A stretch of DNA of 64,000 nt from Trichoplax adhaerens (Eukaryota; Animalia; Placozoa): contig NW_002060946.1 in assembly GCF_000150275.1 (NCBI RefSeq), positions 220,678 through 284,677 of the forward strand, read 5' to 3'. Below the pieces are notes generated by a model. It saw only the letters and a program-made list of their open reading frames with translations, did no database searches and was not told where the DNA came from. Below, in pieces: positions 1-12,770 of this stretch; the stretch's first letter is position 1, and every line of letters starts with the position of its first letter. The translations under genes were made by a program, and so were the position numbers.

Positions 1-345
1 TTAGACAGTTTATACAAAATATAAATAGATTGATTTTAAGTATTACAGTAAGCTAGTGACTCATAAACTACTCGATAGTTTGTATAAAGCATGCATATGG
101 CAAATTGATTTTTAGACTCTATTAACTACGAACTAGTACGAAGCTACGCTTATTTCTAATTAATATTTAGATTCTACTTTCTGTCAGCTGTAATGAACTA
201 TTGGATAGTTGATACAAAATATAAGCAGATTGATTTTACGTATTAAGTAAGCTAGAGATTTGTAAACTACTCAATAGCTTATATAAAGTATGCATACGGG
301 TAGATTGATTTTTAGACTCTATTGACTACGAACTAGTCCGAATTA
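1..345. repeat. Direct duplication, ~200-bp period (intronic), built from shorter degenerate subunits
   Basis: Near-identical blocks start at 1 and 201 (..tacaaaatataa..agattgatttta..; ..ttgatttttagactctatt.actacgaactagt). Confidence 0.85.
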
Positions 346-630
346 GTTAAAAGTTTAAACCATTTCTATCGACATATACGCGTGAAGAGGAAGAAAGATT
401 AACTTCATATTCTACTTTCCGCATGATGCGACAATTTCTATATAAGTATGAACAGATTGACTTCCTTACTCTACTTTCTGTTGGTCAGTATGGCTAATTT
501 AAAACTAGTAGGCAGTTTATCTACAAAAGACAGGAATAGATTCATTTTGATCTACAGTCCAGTAATTGACCTGAAGTGCAAATAGCGAATAATACTAATG
601 CACATGATTTGTGATATATATGTACGACAG

Positions 631-3600
631 ATCACTGGGATGCTAGCAATCAGGGTTCGCCGTTTTTAGCACTATTACTAGCCAATACAGAAATTCCTAT
701 GGAAAGTTGTTTAGCAGAAGCCGATATTTGCTTGGTTCGTTATGGCACTGACAAGAAACTAATTCTAGCACCTTATAGTAATAGCTTGGATGAGAGTCCT
801 CGAGACAAGAAGCGTTATCAAAGTCTAGTTTGTGAACTAGATGATTACCAATCCTTCGAAGAACAAGCGTGCTATTACTTGCAACGTTATCGTGGTGAAA
901 ATAAATTCAACTTAATTGAAATAGAATGGCCGCTACCTTCTTTAAAGGTGCATTAACAACATGCAAAGTAATAAGTTTCGTGCGACTATTATAGCTTAAA
1001 ATTTTATCTCACATCTTATCGCGCAATATTAATTATCATTACATTACTCTAAATTAGACCCTAGAACATATTGGTAAGCAACAAAACTTGTATAACGAGA
1101 TAGAATAGATACTATATCAGCATCGCTCTCACAACGTTAGATAATCATCAACAACATAAACAAAAAAATATTTAGTATGTGATTTTATCACAACTTAGAA
1201 TCTAACTTCAAATCTATACAGTAGCATGCGTTATTTCCATATTGCTTTAAATCTCAATTTTAAAACTAGAGCAGGAAAATAAAATTTTTTACGATAATAT
1301 AGGATATTCATCAGCATTACACATTAAAAAACGAAAAATTACCTACAATAATTTCTGCCGATTGTCAATTTTATTGTAGGACTCTTGCCAAATCGTCAAC
1401 ATTAATGGATTCGCGTATAATGGAGAAACGAAAAGCTCGATTCTAGATTGGTTACAATCCTCTATCCTTCGAATTCATATTGTCCGAGACATTGCCAGAC
1501 TAAATCATGAGGTATTGTGCTTGCAAATCTATTGCAAATCTACTGTTTCCTTAAGTAATTCATTTCGTTTGCCACAAAGAAATCTATTAAACAGTCGTTT
1601 AACCTCCAATTTATATCAGTACATGGTTCTAATGCTTTATGTACAATAATTTATAAAATGGCTGGTTCACTTATAAAATTAGTGATAATTTTATAAAGTA
1701 GTTTATTACTTTGAACAATTATTGTTTTAGTAGACTTGATCTACCATATATAAAGAGAGAGAAATTTAATTTGCATGCTGTAATAGCCTTTTTCCTTCTA
1801 TAGATGAGCCAGTTAACACAAGGTTTCCATTCAATCGGTGATATGAAAACATTAGCGCTTTGGTCTAATTCATCTGTATTCGTTTATAATATCGACACGG
1901 AAAATGATACTAATTCTTGCCTAGACGATAAAAAGATTACATCCATATTACAAAATATTTGGCCGGAATGGAAAACCATACCAATTTATTCCATTAATAT
2001 TCATCAAGAAAAGACTAATATAATTCACCATCAATTGACGGATATTTTTTATCAAGTATTGCATCAGTTCAAGAAAACTATCCAAGATCACTGTAAGCTA
2101 CAATTGGAAATCTATTACAGGTAATATCACAACTATTGCTATGATTTTACATCATTATATTCATCTAACACGAACATAAATACTGGTAGAGTGTATTAAT
2201 TGTTGTTTTGTTTTTTACAAGATGGCTACAGAAATTGTTGAACTATGCCGAATTCGCTGATCATTTTCGTCAGTACTGTGAAAAATTGCCTCTTGAAGAG
2301 AGGAAGCTCCACCAAAGCCAATTACAAATTAAGCTCATTGATATCGCGCGCTTTCTACGTAAGATTCATGCTAAACGTGAACCAACAATGCTACCCGAAA
2401 CGGTTAAAATTAATACTCAAGATTTTCTACAATTACTAAACTTAAAATTACTACGACTCATCAATGAGACTAATTCAACTTTTCTCGATAAATATAGCTT
2501 ACTTTGCAATCAAACTGTAACTGATTTTCGAGATATTCTATCTATGGTCATAGATCAACTTGACTTGCAAGTAACACAGTTTGAAATTGAGAATAGATTA
2601 CTATTAGTAGCGAAACAAAACTATATCAAAGATTTACTATCATCTCATGACGAAAGTAAAGTATTAATTGATTATTTTGAAGGTTTAATGCTTGGTTTTA
2701 ATGATCTTCAAGACAACATTAGTTTGTTAACATTAAACAATTTCATTCCAAGCCAGTGCATCATTACGAATACTACAAGTAAAATTAATCTTTTCTTGAA
2801 TCATCCAATCCTGCTGAAAGCTAATTATCCAACAAGTTTAGGTTTATTTAATGCTCAACATCAGCATTTTATCCAAGTCTTACAAGAAAGTATGGATGGG
2901 CAACCTGCTTCCAATAGAATAAAAGTTTGTATTACTAAAGTTCTTCATCACTTCACTGATGATAACATTCAGCGAGAAATGATTAATCATGAACTTCGCC
3001 CGATCGGTTATCACTTTCATGAATGGTTGGAAGATTTCGTTAAGCTAACTGAATATTATGCTTGGTTAATACAAGAACAAGACTATTCTGCTACTAGCAA
3101 CCAAGGCAATCGAGACCATTTAATTACACCAAATGCCAATATTAAAAATTTGCAACGTTCTTTGGCCTATTGTTTCGTTCTATCGATTGAAAATGATGTT
3201 CATAGATATGGTCGAAATGATCTCGACACCATTGCTGTCGATACTGTTATTGGTACTGGTATTATTGGCCAATGCCATCATGGTACAGGTAGGATTGATC
3301 AATCAAATTCACAGCCACTATTAATCAAAAGATTATACGACGATATTAGCAAGGATAATGCCTTTGAGTATTTCATTGAAATCGACGCTTTAAGGTAAAT
3401 TAGAGAGAATGATTCTAAAATAATTAGATCATAGCTTGGCAAAGGTGAATGTTGAATCAATTTCTTCTACTAGCTGTGTATAGCTCAACTAGTATTTATT
3501 TCATTTTGCAGTTAGCGATTATTGTTGCCAAATTATGATAAATTATGCAACACATTCTCTAGTTTCGGTTTTTCGTTAATCAACACAGTCAAAAATGGTC

Positions 3601-5457
3601 AATAGTGCTTGAACATCGCGACTAAAATATAGAATGGCATCGTATTCACCTGTTAACAGATACAGAAATATATTGTTCACACTTATTTTGGTGCTTCTCC
3701 ACCATCGTTGAACAATTGCAAACAGTCTAAATAAAGTATTTATCTGGTGCAACTAAATACTAATACTTCTCCGTACATTCTGCAGCAATAAATATTTAAA
3801 TGGCGTCAATAAATTGGATTTAGATATCACGACCAAACTAGATAGCAATATTCCTTCGTAGTCTTAAATTTTGACCTACTGCTAAATTTTATAATTGGAA
3901 ATAGTTCTAGCAATGCCATAGTTCTACGCTGCTAAGATTAATCGGCATTCTCAGCATACACATTTTGAGCATTTTACCACGGAATTATTAAATATTGATC
4001 GCTTTTATCTTGAATATTATGCTACACATATTTCAAAATATGCACCTTTCAGCATTAGAAAGATTTTAGTAGATATTAGAAAGGTGATGAGGGAAAATAA
4101 ATTTCATACACTCTTTTGCGTAGTTAACCCGATATTTATGGTATCTCATTTCAGCAAGTTAAAGTCTTAAGATTCATTAAAAATTCATTGTTATTTTATT
4201 ACTCTAATCAGTATAAAAATCTATTTCTGTGCTAATCTTTTACGTTCTTTCTATACCGTATATTTAGAAAATTGAAACATAAAAATATCATCCAATATTA
4301 TGGAAGTATTCGTCGATATGGCATTAAATTACAAATCGATATGCTCCTAGAAAGTTGTCGAAATAATTTGAGATTTCTTTTGGAAAGCAATCATCAATTA
4401 ATACCGTCCCATTTCACGATCACGGGCTATCCTAAATATCGGGCCCGCCTCTTATTTTTTAATTTAGCAAGTCAAATTATTAATGGTTTACAATTTCTAC
4501 ATCGTAACGGATACCTCCATCGAGACTTGAAGCTCGATAATGTGTTGGTGAGTGGTTATAGTCCTACAGGCAAATATTCCGTTGCATACTTTACTTATTA
4601 TAATTTAGATCATCATACATATTATCCGTTAAAGTTATAGTCTCTGATCTCATATCTACGCCTAATTTCATCTGACATATATCTATCTAGCTGTCAGGAT
4701 AAATTATATAGTGAGAGTGTCTGTTGGACAGGGCAACAATGAAAGTTTTAGATTTCTACTTAATTTACGCCACTTGTTACGCTCAGATAGTCAAAAGTAT
4801 TCTTATGTCACATCTAAGGCATAAATCTGTCATGTTAGCAGATATAAAAATTCGTATTCTTTAGCTTTAGCTCGATATGACATCAAAGGATAATTATATT
4901 TTTCGTTTAGAGCACAAAAAGTATTAGTAACCCGTATTTTTTTATCCTATGGTAACTTTTAGATTAACGAAGATTTCATCGTCAAGTTAACTGAAATTGG
5001 CCAAGCAAATTTAGCTAAAACAACGGCTAGCAATGTTATCAGTAACAGTATTATTTATAGCGCGCCAGAAATATTTAAAAAGCAATTCATTAATCACAAA
5101 GCCGATATTTATAGCTTTAGCTTAATGCTATGGGAAATGTGGTATGGCAAGAGGGCATTCAATCAAGATTTCGAGATCAAATTTATCCTTAATGGTCATA
5201 GACCATCGATGGATGCTGAATGCCAACCTGAAACCCATTTAAAAGACTTGATCCAATCCTGTTGGGATAATAATCCAAAATGTAGGCCATCAAGCGAAAA
5301 ATGCTTTCGTATTTTGCGTGGCTGTTTTGAAGAGCTTGCCATGCTAGAAACTGATGACTTATTACCACAGTTAAGGGGGCGTAAAATCAGTCGATCCATC
5401 GGATATACACCTAAAAAAATATCAACTTCAAATGAAAGTATTATTTACAGAGTATAG
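631..5457 (+). CDS. Dynamin-like (degenerate GTPase) domain + helical region + C-terminal protein kinase-like domain (DSTYK-like), probable pseudokinase; 5'-truncated by the window
   Basis: GT-AG exons 631-947, 1380-1511, 1804-2120, 2222-3394, 4268-4547 and 4963-5457 join in frame (~904 aa). Kinase motifs: IGTGIIG, LLIK, alphaC Glu, HRDLKLDN, KLTEIG (in place of DFG), YSAPE, ADIYSF, LWEMWYG, CW..NP..RP. The N-terminal part has dynamin-like signatures (CLVRYG, IEIEWPLPSLK, SVFVYN). The first exon opens in phase 1, so an upstream exon lies outside the window. Confidence 0.85.
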
Positions 5458-5740
5458 GATCAAATAATGTTGGCTAGAAATTGATGGCATATAGCTATAG
5501 TTATGAGAGCGTAAAATCAATCAACCTGACAGATACATCTTTAAAAATATTTATTTTAATTGAGGATAATATCAATGAAGCTTGAAAATCAAAATAGGTT
5601 GGCTAGAAGCACACTGCCTAGGTCGAGATATCCTAAAAATTCATCGACCTGATGGATAAACGCCTAAAAAATATTCATCTCTGTTGAAGATAGTATTCTA
5701 TGAGCAGAGCTTAAAAATAAATTTACTGGCTAGAAATGTA
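5343..5740. repeat. Degenerate ~130-bp tandem repeat x3 overlapping the kinase gene C-terminus and 3'UTR
   Basis: gctagaa recurs at ~5343, 5473, 5602 and 5728, with taaaa.t..tc.ac...gata..c.taaaaa in each unit. Confidence 0.7.
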
Positions 5741-6629
5741 ACAGTTGAATCTATTTTATTTATTACTTTTTGAGTATAGAATCAAAGTTTTATTATATAC
5801 GTAGTCAATCATAGACAGTAGCCAGTTGAGGAAAATGTCTATAAAGTAGTTACTAATAGTGTTTTTAAGATTAGAATGCGTCTTTTGTATATTATGATTT
5901 TGTAAGCTATTTGAGAAATATTTCTAGAAGACCGGGTTACGCTATATATAATCTCATATTCTATGCCTGGAATAACCAATTCAATTTAGGTCAAATCGTA
6001 ATTTTAGTTGCAATCATTCAAGGTATCCAAATACTTTAAGAAAATGTCATATTCTGATGCTATATCGAGATTTTTAATGGAATTGTATTCTGATATAAAA
6101 CAGAAATAAATATCTAACGATAATAATGTATTTTAACTATGAAATAGTATAATCAGGCACTATAAATGACGGGAGATGTTTTGCGTAAATTTTGGTGAAC
6201 AAATTGAAATAATTTGAATAGAGAATAGTCAAAAGTAACAACTTTAATTTAACAATTAATTAAAGTCTCATGTTACTGGGTCTAGCCAAAAATTCGTAAT
6301 AATAAAAATTCTTAGTACCTATGAATATCCGTATCTGCCACTGCAACAGACGTATGAAGCGTGAAGCAAATTATTCTAATTCGCTTTGATTTACTGTGAG
6401 ATAAAGTGCGAATTTGCATTGCATATTTAAATGACAGATATTAGTATTAACTTTATACTCAGAAATTGTATTATTTGAACCGGATAAAATCCTAATTAAT
6501 AAAAAGTTATAAAATTTATGATCGTACATTACTAAACAATTACAATCATGTACAATATTAATTAAATAATCGATAATGAAGTTAAGGTTTCATTTATATC
6601 AAAGAAATGACAACATCGTATTTATGACA

Positions 6630-6980
6630 GAATGTACTTTATCCTGATGACACAATCCTATTTAAATTATTAAATAAGGATAAGCATACATAATATTAAT
6701 TATAAGACTAGTTTAATTAATATTAAAGCTAGAATATAATTTTTTGTCAAAGAATTTCGGTCATTCTTAAATAATCGATTTTAAGGTTACTATTTCATTC
6801 GTGCCAAAGAAATTACGATATCGCACTCATGGCAAAATGTGCTATACCTGGATGATACCATCCTATTTTTAATTATTAATGAATAAGGATAAGCGTGTAG
6901 AATATTAATTATATGACTTGCTAAATTAATATCGGAGCTAGTATTGAATTGTTGGCAAAAAATTTTAATGTCATTCTGAT
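6630..6980. repeat. Direct duplication, ~205-bp period, between the convergent kinase genes
   Basis: atcctattt..aattatta..aataaggataagc..aatattaattata.gact..aattaatat..agctag..gtcattct occurs twice. Confidence 0.8.
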
Positions 6981-7386
6981 TTAAAGTACTATTGTAGATC
7001 CTTACAGGGCTATTAAACCTGCTTCGATTTTTAAATCTTGATTCTTGTGATCACGCTTCAATAAAATTTTTATTATCATTTTATGAGAATATTTTGGTAG
7101 TATTCAGTATCGTAGCTGACACATGAATATTTCAGCTACAGTAAAGAATAAGAATACTCTAAATTATATCAACAAATAGATCTTTAAAGATGTCCAGGAG
7201 ATTGAATTACTTGGCGGTATTCAATCGCTGCTATATAACTTGTTCACTTATAGGTCGTTAAAAAAACTAGTATCTTGATGATAATAATTCAATTTATTTC
7301 GGCAGTGTTAAATGATTAATAGATGAAGATATGAGACAGTAGGGAAAATTCCAATAAGAAAAGTATCCATTTCCAAATTTTCCTAA

Positions 7387-10300
7387 CTAGCAGATGATTG
7401 GAGAGGTCGTTTCTTCGGGATCTTCATAATCGCTACGATATTGTAATGCTTTATAGCATTCACTAGACGATAACCGCTCATTAGGATCAAATTGAAGGCA
7501 TTTAGTAATGATGTATTGCCATAAATCAGGAGGTGGAGGATAAATACTAAAATCGGGATTAACACCTTGAAGTAGCTTGTCTACAGTATCTTTCGATAGA
7601 CTAGCCGAATTGGATAAGTCTATCAATGGTTTGTTGTACCACATTTCATGTAGTATTAAGCCATAATGGTACATATCGCATTTATGGTTATATACGTTAC
7701 CAGCTAAATATTCTGGAGCTGGATAGATTGGTAGTTGACTATTCTTGATCGAATCGATAGATGCAGATTGAAAAACTACGCTTGGATCACATAACTTGAT
7801 AGTGTTATCGATGCTTAGCTATTAAGCAAAGTGAGCAGATTTGAGTACAAATAGTTATGAACTAAATATCCAAGATTAACTAATTCAATATCACAAACAA
7901 ATAGTACTCATATTTATTATACGTATTTGTATCGTTTGCTATGCAATTCTGCCAATCCAATTCATATTTTACGTAAATATCTAGATTAGTAGACTAGGCT
8001 TTTATAAAATTAACTAGCGATTAACAAGATACAGTATGAAATAACAAGCTTAATTAGGAATAGGTCATTACTATACTACTATTAAAAAATTAGCTAGACT
8101 AATTTACACTTTGCTATACAAAAGTAGATAAGCTTCAATCATCTTTCTGATTAAAATAAATATTACTGTATTTCCAAATAGGATCTATAACAAGTCAGTA
8201 ATGGTACTTACTTAAAAATTACATTCTTTGATAACTTACTAAATTAGATTAGTAGACTACGATTTTCAGTAAGATATGATGTAAGAAACTAAGCTTGATT
8301 AGGAACTGGTCATTGCTATACTGCTGTCAAAAACAAGCTGGACTAATTTAAAAATTGATATCAAATGGAATAGGAGATAAATTTTAATCATCTTCTGATC
8401 GATAAAAATGTTACTGTATTTCCATTAATCCCAGATAAAATTCTCCAAATAGGATCTATAACAAGTCAATAGTAATATTTACTTGATAAATATATTCTCG
8501 GATTACTTACCAGAATATTATCCAAGTACAGATCCGGATGGACATAGCACGCATTATGGATATAGCACAAACCAGCTGCTATTTGTAATGCAAAAATTTT
8601 AATTTTCCTGTAGGCACATTGTTGTTTATTATATCGGAAGGGAAAATCTGCAGGGATGCAATCATTTTGGAAATCGAAGAATTTCTTCAACGAACAGTGA
8701 CAAATCTCACAAGCCATCGTAAAGTTGTTGACACGATCTTCCAATGATACAAGGCCATAAAATGTTAAAATATTTTTATGATTTAGCTTTCTAAAAAATG
8801 TTAAAAATATGTCATTTGTCGATAAATTAGCCATATGATTTTTTTAGATTTGGAGGCTGTAGCAATAAAAAATCTCTCCAATTTTTTTTTATTTATTAAA
8901 GGTACTTTTGACAATAGAATATAATTTAATCACTTTATTAGATATACATCTTTCTACTTCGCTCTAGGCTAGCTTAATAATGCTAGGAAACATTTATAAC
9001 TTGTAAAATTGGATTAAAAATAGGCAATTCAATTTTAAATTACTCGATTCAGCTCTAAAGTTATTGATTCAATATTATCCTAAGCTTACCGTAAAGCTTC
9101 TTCTTCACTTAATAGTTTAATAATATTTCTGCTTGATACCTTGCGATTAAATATCTTCAATGTTATAGGCAGGAACTGAACATCCTTATTCCGTAATTGA
9201 CAAGTAGAATAAGCAGCTGTAGAATTATGATCAAATGAATAATTTTCATCATAACCAACTAATTGATTAGGATTGAATTCAGCTTGTCGTACATATCTGA
9301 CATTAAATAGCATGACAAGCCTTGATAGATGCTGATTGATTGTTAGTAATTGATTGGATGAATCATTTCCGTTAGGAACATTTTCGGTATGATTATCATC
9401 CGATAGTATATGCTGAAGTAAGTTGCGATAGAATTGGAATAACGTTGGTAAAATACTGAAATAATTATCAAACGAATCAATGACAGGTTTCATCATCATA
9501 GTCATAGCCTCAATAACTTTAGATCGCTGGAACGAATCTTCCATAATGGAGATAACTTTAGCCTTGAACCATACTATTAATTTTTCTTTAATCAATTTTT
9601 CACTATCAAAATGTTGACAATAATTGGCTATAATTTCATTGACTTCATCATCATCTATTTCTTCTATTGACTGAATTAAATTGGTGGAAAAACGGCTAGG
9701 TACCCATAATGGAGATATTAGATCAAAGATAACCTTCTCTTGAGTCGTATATTGATCATCATAGAGAAATTTGTTTTCGTCATAATCCTGTAAGATATCT
9801 AAATTACATAATGAGCCTCGTTCAAAATTCTCTAGTAAAGATTGCATACGAAATAATTTCTTCTTGTACTGTTGGATTAAGTAATAGCCTAATTGATTGA
9901 AGTAATCTTGTATATCTTCCCTTCCTATAATGATCGATGTCATTGTGGTCTTGGCAAGCTGAATTAACTCATGATACGTTATATTTTCGTCACTTGTAAT
10001 CTTGTCTGTTAACGATTCTTGTAGTATATAAGTAATATCATCGTCAGATTGAATAAATTTCCAAAGGTCACGTAAAACTTCTTCTTGTCGAAATACTATA
10101 TTAGTGTTTAATTGCCTTATTATATCGTCTTTGCTGGTCATCATCTCAATGTTATTTAATCGAGCTTGTAGTTCACTAGCAATTAACTTCCTTGATTCCA
10201 ATGATTTCCTGCTCATGACATACTGAAAGTGGTAATTATACGAAATTCTACTCAACAGATATTGTAGCCATCTAAAAGGAGAAAAAAATATTATACCATC

Positions 10301-12671
10301 AGATAATACGATGACAAGAAGAGTTTGTTACTGTACATAGATTATAAGTACTAATAATTAAGTATTTATATATATATATATATGAGTAGAGTATGTTAAT
10401 TGCAGTTTAAAGATATTTGAAATATTTTAAGCCACAGTAATTTAGAGCGATTTCTAATATAAGTGATGATTGATGCATATTAACTTTAATCTGATTAACA
10501 TTATAGAAATAAAATGTATCCATCATCGTACGCGATACATTTAACTAGTCAAGATAGAATATCTAATGTTACGGCCGCATCGATAACTATTTGATGGAGA
10601 TTACTGAGTAATATTATATACTGTACTTACATATCAGTCTTTATTAAATAGTAGCAATACTTAATGGGAAGTCTCATATCCAATGATTATCTCACTTAAT
10701 CATAGGCAATAGGTATATTATACAAAAAGCATCATTAATGGTATAAGACGTTTAATTCTACGTAGAGTTATATACGATATTATGCATATCTTGGTATATT
10801 ATGCATAAATCAACATAGTTTTCTTATGATTTTGGGGTATGCGATATAGCTAATATTTGATCTTATATTATCGTGGCATTTTTATGTTGTCAAGTGTAAG
10901 ATGTTGTATTAGGTAATAATGTAATGGCATGGCAATATGGTATCTGCACGAAGCCTACTCAATATTCTAAAAATAGGATAACAAAATAAATGACTAGGTA
11001 CCCTATGGCATCTAGAATTATTATTATGATGGTGTGGCAATACTGTATGTGCATGAAATCTATCCAATTTTCTACTAAGACCATAACAAAATAAATGACT
11101 AGCTTCCCTATGGCATCTAGAAATATTATTATGAAGATCTGGCAATGTTGTATTTGTACGAAAACGACTCAATTTCCCACTAATAGCATAACAAAATAAA
11201 TGACTAGATTCCATGTGGAATCTAGAAACATTATTACGATGGTCTAGCAATAATGTATATGCACAAAAATGACTCAATTTCCTACTGATAGCATAGCAAA
11301 ATGAATAACTAGGCTCCTTATAGCATCTAAAGATATTATTAATATTAACCGGTGACGACATACCTACTGAAAAGCTCAAGTTTATACGTTAAATTATACG
11401 GAAGAAAGACTTGTAGTTGCATTATAATATCGTGATATTCTTGGCTGACAATTCCCAGATGATAATCTTGTACAGCATTAGTTATATTAACCACTAGAAA
11501 TTGTTGTAATGAACAATTAGGCCAATAATGATCCATTTTTTGATAGAAGCAATCTTTTTTAGCTTTTATATCATGTCCCTCCAAACCTTCTGCCTTAGTG
11601 TTACATATAAATATAGTTGAATCAGGTAAAAAGTATCCTAGTGTTGCTTTCTCTCGATGCCATACTTGCTGTAGGATTTTATTGACCTATTTTAAAAGAG
11701 AAATAGTATTATTAATAATTAGTATATCCTATCTTCAATGCCATTTTATAACCATCAAATAGCATTCCAATATCATGATTTTAGAATACTTTTGTTATGT
11801 CCACGATTATATTTTGATCAATTTGTAGCACAAAAATGACACCGAAAGCATTAGAAAGGCACTTTATAAAGAGATCGGAAACGACAGGTAAACTAATGGA
11901 CCAGGGAAATGAAACATATTGAATACCACGCTTTAATGCATCTATCGGCCAATAAATTTTAATAATAGCAATATCCTTTTCATATTTTGTCATATATTGA
12001 TCAATTTGTTGAAGAAACCTTTCATCGTCGTCATCTTCATTGTCTAAAAAGATATTGGTGGCTGTAGTTTCAACTTCTTTTTCGATCCATCGCTCGATTT
12101 GTACATATCTTTCAGAATTATAACTTAGTAAATAACAAAATCTGCGGTCATAAATTTGATTCAGTGCAGCACATTTGCAGTGGATTAATAATTCGATTAG
12201 ATCTTTCTTGCCTTGACAATCATCGCCTACGATAAGTAATTTATTAATTAAATTGTATTTGCTTTTGGCATCTGAAGAGTGAATCAGTTTTGGCTAACAT
12301 TACAGTCATTACTTTAATTATACAAGCATCTCATATCAACAGTACAAATATTCACCTATAGAAGGGTACATGATGTTATCGATCACATTTATTAATTCAT
12401 TCCAGCAAAAATATTACGGCTATCAATTAAATCATGTCTACTTCTATAAGTTTAGTCAGAATAAATACTTACCAATAAGAAGTACAGGATGCTGATGATT
12501 TTGCAAAGAAGTAATATGCCCTTGTAGTATTGCACGATAATCGCCTAAATTTTCTAGTAGTTGTGTTTGCTCAAATTCACTCATTTTACTAATAAATTGA
12601 AGAGTTTGTTCGAATAATCCTTTAAGAAAAGTCTTCCTCTTTTCAAAATTATACAATAGCTGTTCCATCAT
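7387..12671 (-). CDS. Paralogous dynamin-like domain + helical region + pseudokinase (DSTYK-like), ~965 aa
   Basis: Exons (minus) 12671-12473, 12271-11790, 11686-11364, 10271-9090, 8790-8511 and 7818-7387 total 2898 nt in frame. P-loop-like LLIVGDDCQGKKDLI, IKIYWPIDALKRGIQYV, IFICN. Kinase: ITLK, EEEALRKLNHKNI, HPDLYLDN, KLCDPS, YPAPE, CDMYHYG, LHEMWY. Shares intron positions/phases and a 280-nt kinase exon with the 631-5457 gene. Confidence 0.85.
7981..8467. repeat. Intronic direct duplication, ~265-bp period
   Basis: tagattagtagacta at ~7982 and ~8245; ccaaataggatctataacaagtca at ~8175 and ~8445. Confidence 0.8.
10920..11340. repeat. Intronic 105-bp tandem repeat x4
   Basis: ata(a/g)caaaat.aat.actag at 10978, 11083, 11188 and 11293 (exact 105-bp spacing). 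Confidence 0.9.
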
Positions 12672-12770
12672 TTCTTCTGTCCTTCAAGCTAGAGTGTAGT
12701 ATATTAGGTGAGAATATTATTTCTTATATATCCTTGAAATCGAGTATCAAAGCGGTAAATGTAGTGATTG

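Noticed and set aside
2245-3324. Nested ORFs 2245-2439 and 3133-3324
   Set aside because: Alternative-frame shadows inside a long coding exon.
631-12671. Assigning the symbol DSTYK or calling the genes pseudogenes
   Set aside because: Similarity is architectural only, so orthology is not shown. Frames and splice sites are intact, so they are not pseudogenes.
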